Source: Syntrophorhabdaceae bacterium (lineage in GTDB: Bacteria > Desulfobacterota > Syntrophorhabdia > Syntrophorhabdales > Syntrophorhabdaceae). Taken from it: a stretch of DNA of 64,000 nt. Below, in pieces: positions 28,536 through 38,629 of this stretch. Below the pieces are notes generated by a model. The model worked only from the letters and a program-made list of their open reading frames with translations, made no database searches and was not told the origin of the DNA. The stretch lies in assembly GCA_963666485.2 (NCBI GenBank), contig CAXXUO010000003.1, positions 370,958 through 434,957 on the forward strand, written 5' to 3'. The stretch's first letter is position 1; each line of letters begins with the position of its first letter. Made by a program: the position numbers and the translations under genes.

Positions 28536-29777
28536 TTAGAAACCAAGTATTCCTTTCAGTACCTTACCCGGCGTTAAACCTTCTTTTTTCTCGGGCGGAG
28601 TTTCCCGGTCCGAGGGAGCTTCCCTTCCCGGCCGCGAGCCCCGTGCGGACGCTTCCATGAGGGGAAGCATCGATGTTGATTTGCGGCGCACTTTGACGGC
28701 CCATATCGGGTCTTTCGGTTTCTGCGGATAGACGATATTCAACTCGTCCCCGTATGCTATGAACTGGATCATGGCGCCCTGTGCATCTTTGAATATCCCC
28801 CGGGGGATGACGCATTGCGTCGTGGATGACGGCATGACCACCTTGTCCCTCACGAGCTGCCTGACCTCTTCGTTCGAGAGATAATTCATGAGTGACCAGC
28901 CTGCTTCACGAACATCACTTGAGCTCCAGATGATCATCGTCTCAGTATTCCGGTCATGCCCCATGGCGGTTGCAAAATATCCAGTCGCAGTCGGGATAGA
29001 ATTCCACTGAAACGTGAAGCTGTCCGCAGGATTTCCCCTTGTCGAGGTGAATTCAACGGGGGCCATAAAGTCGTGGTCCGGATCGATCGAAAAACGGATA
29101 TCCGGCACGTAATTGCCGTGGACAAAATGATTACCGGCAAGCGAGCTGTTGGCAGGCACCTGTTTGCCGTCCTTTTTGTTGGGCCAGTCGGCATATGCCG
29201 CGCCGGCACGCGGTGAAAGGCTATGCTGCCCCACTGCCCTGCCCTGGAACATCTTTCCAAACTCTGCCGGGCTTGCCTTTTCTGTATCGATAACGTAGGG
29301 CTGGCCGGGCCTTACCGTCTCCGAACATCCCCAGTATATCACCATGCGCATCTTTGGTTTCTCGAATTTCTCGGGTCTTTCACCGGGCCGGCCTTCGTGT
29401 GTGCGGCCGGGATCAGGCGGTACAAGGGGCAGTGTCGGTCCCATATTCTGTACCGGGGGAATATCGTGGGTTGCCTGCGGATCGGCAGGCAGGGATTTCG
29501 ATGCGCTGACTTCAAGGTGGAGTCTCTTCCCCGAGGAACTGTCGCCTCCACCCGCGCCGAAAAGACCGCCGAGACCCGGCATTCCGCCTGATGAGCCCAT
29601 ACCTGCCGGCATTCCCGGAAAACCGCTCTTTTCTGTCGATACACTCACCCAGTACCGGGTAACCGGTGTTTTTTCCGCCGAAAACACCTGCGGAACGATA
29701 ACCGTCATGCAGGCAAAGATGATACAAGACATTACCAGACAGCCGGAAAGGACCTTCATTTTCCCCAACATTACCAT
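28536..29777 (-). CDS. Exported hypothetical protein
   Basis: Signal peptide-like N-terminus, Gly/Met-rich linker, YWGC motif; GGAGG RBS. Confidence 0.75.
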   Translation of the reverse strand: MVMLGKMKVLSGCLVMSCIIFACMTVIVPQVFSAEKTPVTRYWVSVSTEKSGFPGMPAGMGSSGGMPGLGGLFGAGGGDSSSGKRLHLEVSASKSLPADPQATHDIPPVQNMGPTLPLVPPDPGRTHEGRPGERPEKFEKPKMRMVIYWGCSETVRPGQPYVIDTEKASPAEFGKMFQGRAVGQHSLSPRAGAAYADWPNKKDGKQVPANSSLAGNHFVHGNYVPDIRFSIDPDHDFMAPVEFTSTRGNPADSFTFQWNSIPTATGYFATAMGHDRNTETMIIWSSSDVREAGWSLMNYLSNEEVRQLVRDKVVMPSSTTQCVIPRGIFKDAQGAMIQFIAYGDELNIVYPQKPKDPIWAVKVRRKSTSMLPLMEASARGSRPGREAPSDRETPPEKKEGLTPGKVLKGILGF

Positions 29778-29975
29778 GCCTCCTGTTTAGTCGCTTAGAT
29801 CGTAAAAATATCGTGAAGCCTCCATCGCGAGGGCTTCCGAAGATGTATGACGAGATTATAAGAAGGTGCAAACAGCAGTGTCAAGAGAATTGCAGAAGGG
29901 TCCAGCCCATCGTTGATAATAAAGAAATTTTAAGAATCTATATTTCTCGGACTCTACTTGTGCTATAATAGCCAC

Positions 29976-30056
29976 GTGTCCGGCATGAAAATGTCCGGAC
30001 ACCCTCAAGCCACCGGATTCAATCCCCCCCGACTGTTATTCCGGTGGCTCCTTTAC
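29976..30056 (+). ncRNA. Candidate small RNA (two hairpins, C-rich loop)
   Basis: Extended -10 TGCTATAAT at 29961-29969; hairpin GTGTCCGGCAT-GAAA-ATGTCCGGACAC; hairpin AGCCACCGGA...TCCGGTGGCT with CCCCCCC in the loop; no ORF. Confidence 0.55.
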
Positions 30057-30154
30057 GTAAACACGGCCTCGGCTTCACGATGCAGCCTGTGATGCATGGT
30101 CCCCCTATGACCCTCCCCGGCTTCGTGGTTTGCCTCGATACACTACTTTGGGTC

Positions 30155-30183
30155 TTGACATGGAGAACAGTTTTTAATATAAA
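30155..30183 (+). promoter_or_regulatory. Sigma70-type promoter
   Basis: TTGACA-17 nt-TATAAA upstream of the ORF at 30216. Confidence 0.7.
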
Positions 30184-30215
30184 AAATAACCAATAACTTT
30201 GAGCAGGAGTGATCT

Positions 30216-30413
30216 ATGGAAGAGATTACCAAAATTGCGGTTGACGAATATCAGAAGAATGCGGATGGTTCCTGGACCTGTGTCAAGAATTCGGATATAA
30301 CCACAAAGACCGGACAGGTAGTCAGGATAGCGCCGGGCACAACCTTCAAGAAGGGCGGCACGTTCCTGGGACTCGACATCGTGGGAGTTCTTGAACAGAT
30401 CAGCGCGAAATAA
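30216..30413 (+). CDS. Small hypothetical protein (65 aa)
   Basis: AGGAG RBS and a strong upstream promoter. Confidence 0.7.
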   Translation: MEEITKIAVDEYQKNADGSWTCVKNSDITTKTGQVVRIAPGTTFKKGGTFLGLDIVGVLEQISAK

Positions 30414-30534
30414 GAAATAGCCCAGCCAAATATGATTCGGGAAAATGACGGGAGATCTCTATCCCGGTATCGCTCATAGCGCGTAGCCCGCGTCATTTGA
30501 AAACATGTGCCCGTGCTGGCCAGGCACGGGCAGG

Positions 30535-31554
30535 TCATGCTGCTTTTGTGCGCTTACCCATAAGCTCACGTATAAATCCGATGAGGCTCAGGTCCGGTTT
30601 GGAAAATTGGGCGTCAGCACCGACAGATTCACCTTTATGGATGAGCCTGTCGTTTATGAGGGAAGAAAACAATATCACCGGGATCTCTCTGAATTCAGAA
30701 GAATCTTTTATCTTTTTGCACAGGTGGTAGCCGTCCATAACCGGCATCTCAATATCCGTAAGAACGACATCCACGTATTCCGTGAGAAGCTCCCCGGCAG
30801 CGCGCGCTTTATCATTCACGGCGGCGAGCCAGTTCCATGCTTCATCACCATTAGCGGCAGAAATAACGGTAATGTCACCCTGCTCCTCGAGTCGTGACCT
30901 TACGTTGCGCCGGATAACATTCGAATCGTCAACATGAAGGATCCTGATCTGTTTCGCGGTATCGATCCTGGCCCGTGCGTCATTTCCATCCGCTGGAGGC
31001 GCTTTGAGTGCGAGGCTCGGGTCGAGCTCTGCAATCGCCTTTTCGAGATCGAGCACGAAAACGAGCTTATTGTCGAGCTCCACGACGCCCGTTACAGCGT
31101 CGCTCATGTTCTCCATGTACCCGTCGAGAGGTTTTATATTCTGCCACGTGACGCGATGGATCCTCGTGACGCCCGACACAAGAAACGCTGTGATAACATT
31201 ATTGAATTCCGTGATCAGCACGTTGCAGGGCTTCAGTTCGACCCGGCTTTTATTCAGCCACACCGCGAGGTCGACGAGAACGATGACCTTATTGCGGTGA
31301 TTAAAGAGGCCTGACACGATGCCCCTTTTTGAGTCCGGCGGGGTTATTTTCGTTTTCGGTACCGGTATGATCTCGATGACCTTGGCTACATTGACCGCGT
31401 AGTACCCGCGGTATCCTTCCTCGTCTATGTAGAGCTCAAGTATCTCGACCTCGTTTGTTCCCGATTCCAAAAGGATGTTCGACGTGTTCCCCTGGCCCAT
31501 GTGCCCTCCTCGTCCCGGCAAGATAGGATAATCCTTAGAGGGTTTATCGGACAT
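30535..31554 (-). CDS. cheV: Chemotaxis coupling protein CheV (CheW + receiver)
   Basis: ILLESGTNEVEILE, YAVNVAKVIEII; receiver motifs VDDS, DIEMPVMDG and FSK. Confidence 0.92.
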   Translation of the reverse strand: MSDKPSKDYPILPGRGGHMGQGNTSNILLESGTNEVEILELYIDEEGYRGYYAVNVAKVIEIIPVPKTKITPPDSKRGIVSGLFNHRNKVIVLVDLAVWLNKSRVELKPCNVLITEFNNVITAFLVSGVTRIHRVTWQNIKPLDGYMENMSDAVTGVVELDNKLVFVLDLEKAIAELDPSLALKAPPADGNDARARIDTAKQIRILHVDDSNVIRRNVRSRLEEQGDITVISAANGDEAWNWLAAVNDKARAAGELLTEYVDVVLTDIEMPVMDGYHLCKKIKDSSEFREIPVILFSSLINDRLIHKGESVGADAQFSKPDLSLIGFIRELMGKRTKAA

Positions 31555-31582
31555 TAGGGCGCGGGTCTTAAATAAAGATATC

Positions 31583-31777
31583 TTAGCCCTTGCCTGACAG
31601 GGGGAAATCTATGCTTATCGCCTCTACCGGGCACTCGGCGGCGCAAAAACCGCATTCCTCGCAGAGGTCCGCAGCGATTGAGGCAGCGTCATCCTCGAGG
31701 ATGATCGCGCCCGGCGGGCAGATATCGAGACAGCTTCCGCATGCGGTGCATTTTTCTTTATCAACGATCGGTATCAT
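31583..31777 (-). CDS. 2x[4Fe-4S] ferredoxin
   Basis: CTACGSCLDICP and CEECGFCAAECP. Confidence 0.92.
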   Translation of the reverse strand: MIPIVDKEKCTACGSCLDICPPGAIILEDDAASIAADLCEECGFCAAECPVEAISIDFPLSGKG

Positions 31778-33705
31778 CAGATCACCATCCCCAGACGGTA
31801 CCCGTCATGGATCGCGTTGAGGAGACGCCGGGGCTTCTTTGCGTCTCCGATAAAATATACTTCCTTCGCCAGGGACCCGGCGTATTGCTTCCAGGCACCG
31901 TCTTCCGGGTACATGATCGCCATGATCACCGTGTCGAATTCTGCGTTACCGTCCCCGGACGGCCCTGAAAACCCGACACTGCGGGCGCTGATCGCACTGA
32001 CTGATGTCCGCATCATGAAGCTGACCTTTTTCTTCTTCATGAGGGCCATGTACTGCCAGAAATAGAACGGGTTGACATCACGCCCAGGCTTTGGGGCCTC
32101 GTCGAACACGGTAATCTCGTGATCGCTTTTACGCAAAAGATAGACCGCCACGCCAAGACCTACCCCTCCTGCCCCTATGACCGCGACCTTTCGTCCCGCC
32201 TCGATCGTTTCCATCATGATCTCACGCGGAAGCAGGACGCCGGGGGGAACTTCTCTGACCGCCGGTCCCGAGGCCACAACGACAACGTCGGGGTTATCTT
32301 TCCGTACCATGGACGGGTCGCAGGCAACGCCGGTTTTCAGCACTACTCCCGTTTTTCGGCAAAGCTCCTCCAGGGTATTAACCGGCCGGAGAAGTTCGAC
32401 AGCTCCCGGGTCAACCCGTGAAGCAATAAGGATATTTCCGCCGACCGTCTCGTTCTTTTCGAATACGGTGACGTTGTGTCCCCTCTGCTGTGCCACGACA
32501 GCACATTGCAATCCGGCGGGACCTGCACCTACAACGCTGACGTTCTTCTTCGTATTCGACGGCTCGAACCCGTAGTATCCCCACTTTCCCTCGCCCTCAT
32601 GGCCGAGGCTCGGGCGTACCGAGCACATTATAGGCTGATGGTAATACAGGCGTGAAAAACAGACGTTGCAGGCTATACACGGAATGATCTCTTTTTCCCT
32701 GCCCTCCCGGATTTTCACGGGGAATTCGGGGTCGGCGATCATGGGCCGGCACATCTCGACAAAGTCTATCTGCCCCTGCGCTATCGCTTTCTCCGGAATA
32801 TGAGGGAGGAACTGCCGGAAAGCCATCATGACCGGTACGTTGACGGCCTTTTTGACCGCTTCTGCTATATACAGCCAGTGTCCCATGGGGACATCCCGCG
32901 TTATGACCGACTGGGACGACTCATGCCAGCCGATGGTGACGCTCAGGTAGTCGGCCCCGGCCTCCTCGGCTATTTTGAAGCTCTCGATACTCTCCTCGAA
33001 CGTGTTCCCGCCACGGTCGTCGAGCAGTTCATGTCCGCACAGGCGAATGCCGACGGGCATACCTCCCACCTCGGCCTTGACGGCCCCTATGATCTCAACC
33101 ATGAGCCGGCACCGGTCAACGATGCCCCCTCCATATTGGTCTGTCCTCTTGTTCGTATAACGGGATATGAACGTAGAAATGAGATATCCCACAATACCGG
33201 AAAGCTCGATCATGTCAAAGCCGGCCTCCCGGGCGCGCCGCGCCGCATCGACGTGATCCCGCACGGCCTGCTTTATCTCCTCGGCCGTGATCTCCCTCGG
33301 AGGTTTGAAATAGGACAATTTTTGCGGGACTATCGACGGCATGAGGCAATAATCGAGTTCGACGCCGCCTTCCCTGCCGCAATGAAGTATCTGTATGCTC
33401 GACAGGGCCCCATTCTCACGTATGACATCCGCCAGGCGTTTGAGCCCCGGGATATACCGGTCATCATTGATCGACATCATCCCCTTAAACCCCTTTCCCT
33501 CACCTTTCCTGTCGGGATAGGCCCCCTGGGTGGTCACGATGCCGGCGCCGCCTCGTGCCTGTGACTCCATGTACGCCACTTCCCTGTCGCTCACATAACC
33601 GTCCCCGTAGGGGAAGTTCGTCTCTGTAGCGGCATACTTGATCCTGTTCTTCGTACTAAGTTTGCCGATAGACCCTGTTTGAAAAATATGCGGATATTTT
33701 CCCAT
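31777..33705 (-). CDS. NADH:flavin oxidoreductase (Old Yellow Enzyme / 2,4-dienoyl-CoA reductase-like)
   Basis: KNRI, ARGGAG, AGFDMIE, NKRTDQYGG, CIACNVC Fe-S motif and GAGPAG FAD motif. Confidence 0.92.
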   Translation of the reverse strand: MGKYPHIFQTGSIGKLSTKNRIKYAATETNFPYGDGYVSDREVAYMESQARGGAGIVTTQGAYPDRKGEGKGFKGMMSINDDRYIPGLKRLADVIRENGALSSIQILHCGREGGVELDYCLMPSIVPQKLSYFKPPREITAEEIKQAVRDHVDAARRAREAGFDMIELSGIVGYLISTFISRYTNKRTDQYGGGIVDRCRLMVEIIGAVKAEVGGMPVGIRLCGHELLDDRGGNTFEESIESFKIAEEAGADYLSVTIGWHESSQSVITRDVPMGHWLYIAEAVKKAVNVPVMMAFRQFLPHIPEKAIAQGQIDFVEMCRPMIADPEFPVKIREGREKEIIPCIACNVCFSRLYYHQPIMCSVRPSLGHEGEGKWGYYGFEPSNTKKNVSVVGAGPAGLQCAVVAQQRGHNVTVFEKNETVGGNILIASRVDPGAVELLRPVNTLEELCRKTGVVLKTGVACDPSMVRKDNPDVVVVASGPAVREVPPGVLLPREIMMETIEAGRKVAVIGAGGVGLGVAVYLLRKSDHEITVFDEAPKPGRDVNPFYFWQYMALMKKKKVSFMMRTSVSAISARSVGFSGPSGDGNAEFDTVIMAIMYPEDGAWKQYAGSLAKEVYFIGDAKKPRRLLNAIHDGYRLGMVI

Positions 33706-33823
33706 GATCATCCTGTCCTTCGGGGATTTAAAAACAATGAAAATGAGTATCACATGGCTCAAGGCCAGTCAATACGTTTGATGCGCAACAAGGGGAATCG
33801 CTTTATGTTTTTACGCCTTACGC

Positions 33824-36229
33824 CTAACGAATCACCGGAGAGATGGCCCAGATGTTCCTGGCATAGTCGTCTATCGCGCGATCACTGGAAAACTTTCCTG
33901 ACCGTGCCGTATTCCTGATTGCCATCTTGATCCACTCGTCGCGAGCATTGTACGCCGCCCTGACCTTTTCCTGGCATTCAATGTAGAGCGCATAATCGGC
34001 GAGAACACAATAATGGTCACCGTCCATCAGGGATTGAACTATCGGCTGGAAGAGCCCGGGGTCCTCGGGTGAGAAGAAACCGGATTGGAGCTGGTTCATG
34101 ACCTGTGCAAGCTCCGCGTTGGACTCGGTGTATTTTCGGGGATTGTAATCCTTTCTCAGCTCGAATATCTCCTCGGCCTTGTGCCCGAAGAGGAAGAAAT
34201 TCTCTTCGCCGACCTCTTCCCTTATCTCTATGTTCGCCCCGTCGTATGTCCCTATCGTGAGTGCGCCGTTCAGGGCGAATTTCATATTGCCGGTCCCCGA
34301 CGCCTCGAATCCTGCCGTCGATATCTGCTCCGAAAGGTCCGCAGCCGGTATGGTCACCTCGGCTATGGTCACGCCGTAGTTGGGTACGAATGCGACCTGC
34401 AGTTTGTCCTTGACGTAGGGATGGGCGGCAATGATCTCGGACACGTTATGGATCAATTTAATGATGAGCTTGCACATGAGGTAGCCGGGCGCCGATTTAC
34501 CGGAAAACAGGACGATCCTCGGAACGAAACCTTCCGGGACGTTCCCGTCCTTGAGCCTGTTGTAAAGAGTAATAACGTGAAATATATTGAGGAGTTGCCT
34601 CTTATACTCGTGAAAGCGTTTTACCTGGCAGTCGAGCAGGAACTCGGGTTCCATCGTGCAGCAGAAAACCCTTTCCATCGCCGCGCGAAGCCGCAGTTTG
34701 TTCTCCCTCTTGATGGCCGCGAACTTCTCCCTGAATGACGCGTCTTCAGCAAACGGTTCGATCTTCCTGATCTCTGCAAGGTCGCGCATCCAGCCATCAC
34801 CGATGGCCTCGGTGATAAGTGACGCAAGGCCGGGATTTGCGTTCAAAAGCCATCGCCTGTGCGTTATCCCGTTCGTCACATTCGTGAATTTCTCGGGGTA
34901 CATCAGGTAAAAGTCTTTGAAAACATGGCTTTTCAGGAGATCGCTATGAAGACGGGAGACCCCGTTCACCGTATGACTGCCGACTATAGCGAGGCGCGCC
35001 ATGTTGATGACCTTTCCCCCCTCGCCCGTGATGATCCCCATTTGCCAGGCCTTGTCAAACTCATCGGGGAACCTCCGGGCCACCTGGATATGAAACTTCC
35101 TGTCCATTTCCTGTATGATCTGCAGATGACGGGGAAGCAAATGACCTATCAGGTCCTCGGACCAGGTCTCGAGCGCCTCGGGAAGTATGGTGTGATTCGT
35201 ATAGGCAAATGTCTCCTTTGTCAGTTTCGCCGCGGTATCCCACGGTACTTTCTCGTCATCCACGAGTAACCGCATCATCTCCGGTATCGCTATCGAAGGA
35301 TGCGTATCGTTGAGCTGGATAGCTACCTTCCGGGGCAATATGCTAAGGTCGCCGTAAAATTTCTTGAACCTGCGGAATATATCGGCAACGGTGGCCGCGA
35401 CAAAGAAGTACTGCTGTTTGAGCCTGAGTTCCTTCCCCGCGAGGGAGAGATCGTTCGGATAGAGCACCTTGGATATGTTTTCGCTGCTGTTCTTGTTTTC
35501 GACAGCTCTCACGTAATCGCCGCTGTTGAAATATTCGAAATCAAAGTCTCTCGTCGATTTCGCTGCCCACAGGCGCAGCGTGTTTACCGTATTTGTCCGG
35601 AAACCGGGGACAGGATAATCATATGCCATCGCAAGGATCTCATCCGTATCGATCCATTCCGTGGCCTTGTTGTGCGTCTCTACCCTGCCATAAAAGCGCA
35701 CCGGGTATATCAGTTCGGGCCTTGGAAATTCCCAGGGGTTCCCGTACCGCAGCCAGTTGTCCGGCGCCTCTGTCTGGTACCCGTCAACGATCCTCTGGGT
35801 GAATATCCCGTATTCATAACGTATCCCATAGCCGTAGCAGGGATAATTCAGCGTGGCCATGGAATCGAGAAAACAGGCCGCGAGCCTTCCCAATCCTCCG
35901 TTTCCAAGCCCTGCGTCCCATTCATATTCAAATACTTCTTCCAACTTTATGCCGAAGACATCCACTGCTTCACGGTATTCTTCCAACAGGTCGATGTTGA
36001 GCAGGTAATTTCTGAGCAGCCGCCCCATGAGGAATTCAAGGGAAAGATAGTAGAGCCTTTTCGCATCCGTCTTGTAATAGCTCTGCTGCGAGTCAATCCA
36101 ATTCTTGACAAGCCGGGCGCGCACCGAAAGTGCGGTCGCCGCGTACTTGTCCCTCTGCGTGGCCGAGTACATGTCCTTGGAGAGGGAATACATCAGCTGA
36201 TTTGTTAGTACCTTGCGAAAAGAATCCAT
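33824..36229 (-). CDS. glgP: Glycogen/alpha-glucan phosphorylase
   Basis: GLGNGGLGRLAACFLDS, QLNDTHP, KRFHEYKRQ and EASGTGNMK (PLP Lys). Confidence 0.98.
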   Translation of the reverse strand: MDSFRKVLTNQLMYSLSKDMYSATQRDKYAATALSVRARLVKNWIDSQQSYYKTDAKRLYYLSLEFLMGRLLRNYLLNIDLLEEYREAVDVFGIKLEEVFEYEWDAGLGNGGLGRLAACFLDSMATLNYPCYGYGIRYEYGIFTQRIVDGYQTEAPDNWLRYGNPWEFPRPELIYPVRFYGRVETHNKATEWIDTDEILAMAYDYPVPGFRTNTVNTLRLWAAKSTRDFDFEYFNSGDYVRAVENKNSSENISKVLYPNDLSLAGKELRLKQQYFFVAATVADIFRRFKKFYGDLSILPRKVAIQLNDTHPSIAIPEMMRLLVDDEKVPWDTAAKLTKETFAYTNHTILPEALETWSEDLIGHLLPRHLQIIQEMDRKFHIQVARRFPDEFDKAWQMGIITGEGGKVINMARLAIVGSHTVNGVSRLHSDLLKSHVFKDFYLMYPEKFTNVTNGITHRRWLLNANPGLASLITEAIGDGWMRDLAEIRKIEPFAEDASFREKFAAIKRENKLRLRAAMERVFCCTMEPEFLLDCQVKRFHEYKRQLLNIFHVITLYNRLKDGNVPEGFVPRIVLFSGKSAPGYLMCKLIIKLIHNVSEIIAAHPYVKDKLQVAFVPNYGVTIAEVTIPAADLSEQISTAGFEASGTGNMKFALNGALTIGTYDGANIEIREEVGEENFFLFGHKAEEIFELRKDYNPRKYTESNAELAQVMNQLQSGFFSPEDPGLFQPIVQSLMDGDHYCVLADYALYIECQEKVRAAYNARDEWIKMAIRNTARSGKFSSDRAIDDYARNIWAISPVIR

Positions 36230-36439
36230 GGTCAGACCGCCTCCATATAGTAAAAACGGGTCAAATTATTTCAGTATAAAATGTATTATTCCAGTAATTA
36301 CGATAAGTTATACGGAACAAGCAATGTGACTTAGTAGCCGTTGTTAACAAATGGGCAGAAATTGAGGGGATATCATATTTAATAAATGAGTGCCGCAGGC
36401 CATGCGCCGGCCGGAACAAGTCGTGCCCCGGTCGGGTTC

Positions 36440-36784
36440 TTAGCGGTCCAGGTACTCGTGGGTCGGAAAAACCTCGCCAAGCGGACGAATAAAAGTAAAC
36501 CCGGCGGGTTGACCCAGCAGGGCATCACCGGCCTCACGGGTGTAGTTTCCCGAAATGGACCAGGGAAGCGCCACAATGGTCGCTGCAAAGCCGACAGTAG
36601 TAGCAGCAAAGCCGATAGGCCGTAAAAGAATAAGGTCAAAAAGCATGGCATCGCCCTTATTGTTTGACCAGTAACTGGGTTTTTCAATATACCTGTCGGT
36701 GTAGTCATCCATAGAAAAGGCTGGAATTGCGGAAAAACAAAGGGCAAACGCAACTAGCATCGTTAATATTGCTGTTTTTTTCAT
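36440..36784 (-). CDS. Small exported/membrane hypothetical protein
   Basis: Signal peptide; D.ILLRPIG...P..FTF.RPLG pattern. Confidence 0.75.
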   Translation of the reverse strand: MKKTAILTMLVAFALCFSAIPAFSMDDYTDRYIEKPSYWSNNKGDAMLFDLILLRPIGFAATTVGFAATIVALPWSISGNYTREAGDALLGQPAGFTFIRPLGEVFPTHEYLDR

Positions 36785-36948
36785 ATGTTACCCCCTTTTC
36801 TTAAGACCTTTTCTTTTTATAGCACAGCATTTTAGCGATTTCAATTATTTTTAGTAAACTTTTGTAAAAAATCTAGCCAATCTGTGTTTCACAAAGTACG
36901 TCACCGTTAACGATCATGTTGTCCCCGTTGCTGACACAATGCCATCTG

Positions 36949-37440
36949 TTATTTCGAAGGAACCGCGTATCTCAATATTTCGTCGGGGGTAAACGTGTTC
37001 CGGGCATTTGCGGGTTTGCGGCCGCGATGCATGGATATGAGCGCCCGGGACACAGGGTAGCGGTTTTGTATCGTGTAACCCGGCTGAAAGATATAATTAG
37101 TCGTCTTGTCGTTGCCTGAGCCGGTCGTGTAGGTATTATAGTGGCCGGGAACGACCGTATCTTTCACATGCAGCGTCGTTCCATGCTCTTCCATGACGAA
37201 ATAATCGAACCCCGCATTCCGTGTCAATTCGGCGCATCGCCGAAAAAGATACGCCTCGCAAAGATTTTCCGGCGTCTCCTGGCTACACTGGAAATCAACG
37301 CGGTACATCGTCTCACTGATCCTCGATTCACTGTACCCTTCCCCGAACAGCCAGTCCCGGGCCTGGTATTCCGTTGTGAGGCATCCGGTGACCGGAAGAA
37401 GGACAAGGCTGATAAGTATTATCTTAAGAAGGATCTTCAT
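36949..37440 (-). CDS. Lipoprotein (CC0125/CC1285-like)
   Basis: Lipobox VTGC; GYSE, YRVDF and LFRRCAELT..GFDYF. Confidence 0.75.
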   Translation of the reverse strand: MKILLKIILISLVLLPVTGCLTTEYQARDWLFGEGYSESRISETMYRVDFQCSQETPENLCEAYLFRRCAELTRNAGFDYFVMEEHGTTLHVKDTVVPGHYNTYTTGSGNDKTTNYIFQPGYTIQNRYPVSRALISMHRGRKPANARNTFTPDEILRYAVPSK

Positions 37441-37969
37441 TTCGTCACCTCCGGAGAGTCACTCATCACTATATGTGAGATGCCGGACGATGGCAAGCTA
37501 AAATGTGATGTCATTACCGCCCCGAATCCGGCCGCATCGATAGCATTTTCTGATTTACCTGAGACATATTCGCATATCGAGAGGTTTCGGTCTATTTCAA
37601 TTTCCAGTAATCTATATATGTGGCTCAGCAAATGATTCACGTCGGTACCCCTGACCCCTTTAGGCTGTATAAGCAAAAAAACGGGGCGCAGGGAGGACAC
37701 CACGGAGATATCATCTGCACCCCTTAAGGTAAAAACGCTCGATCATTATATTAACACAGGACGGTCATGACTACATCACTGAATAATTATGGTTTTACTA
37801 TGGGTAAATTTTCCATACTAGAAAAGTATGTTACATCGTTATTCCGGTTTGCAGGAGTTGACATAACAAAAATCGGTGCTATCCTGAATATACTACGCAA
37901 GGAGAAGGATCTTACCTGTAGCTGGCTGCTTTTCTTCACCCCTCCGCAAATCAATCAAAGGGAATTGTT

Positions 37970-38167
37970 ATGTGGGTATACAGATGTCCCAAATGCGGGC
38001 AGGAAGTCTCTATCGTACGCAGCAAAAAGGGATACACGGTCCGTTGCTGCAGCTGGGTCTATTTTGAACCTGCAGGAAGGCCGTATGTTCCTTCAGTCGG
38101 ATATCAGAAAAGAAGGGCGGAGACGGGAAGGTCCGCGCAAGCACCTGGCACCAGGCCGGTGCGGTAA
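37970..38167 (+). CDS. Small Cys-containing hypothetical protein
   Basis: CPKC...CC; upstream TTGACA...TGCTATCCT promoter-like element at 37858-37885. Confidence 0.4.
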   Translation: MWVYRCPKCGQEVSIVRSKKGYTVRCCSWVYFEPAGRPYVPSVGYQKRRAETGRSAQAPGTRPVR

Positions 38168-38358
38168 TAATTTCTCTTTTTCATGATTCCCACCCTGTCC
38201 TGCCGGTTATTGCAGGGATAATCCCTCCTGATCGATTTGCAAATCTCGAGATGATGACGGCAAACCTTCAACCCAAATAAAAAGGAACCGATTTTGAATA
38301 CGATCGGTACGGAAACTTCGAATTCATTTTAAGGGAAATCATTTGATGTAACAAGAAA

Positions 38359-38402
38359 TGCCCCCGGCATGACTCGAACATGCGGCACATGGATTAGGAA
38401 TC
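38359..38402 (-). tRNA. 3' half of tRNA-Arg(CCT), a prophage attachment-site duplicate (not a complete tRNA)
   Basis: Minus strand GA-TTCCTAA-TCCAT-GTGCC-GCATG-TTCGAGT-CATGC-CGGGGGC-A gives the anticodon loop, T-arm and acceptor 3' strand. The D-arm and 5' acceptor strand are absent. Confidence 0.85.
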
Positions 38403-38629
38403 TGTTTTTCACCTATCTCTTCGCTTATAATTTCAACAACTTACGATGATTAGCGTTTCCGTGTGGTGACCCGTAGAGCGTTGATATCACTACATCGTTT
38501 TTCGGGGTCACCACAAAGTTCACTCCAGGGATATATGGTTTTTAATGCCGGAAGTGTGACATCAAAAAAAATAAAAATAATCTGTCACGAAACCAGATCT
38601 ATTTCGGACTTATATAAGGGGGTCTATCG

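Noticed and set aside
35300..36208. Long antisense ORFs (also 4377-5135, 32800-33564, 45805-46722, 60194-61015)
   Set aside because: Each lies opposite a well-supported gene and has no recognisable motifs; these are shadow ORFs.
38255..38320. c-di-GMP-I riboswitch (GGCAAAC start)
   Set aside because: It lacks the GAAA tetraloop stem and the following GACGCAAAGC-type junction, and no clear downstream gene.
38359..38430. Complete tRNA-Arg gene
   Set aside because: No D-arm or 5' acceptor strand, and the 5' anticodon stem does not fully pair; it is a fragment.
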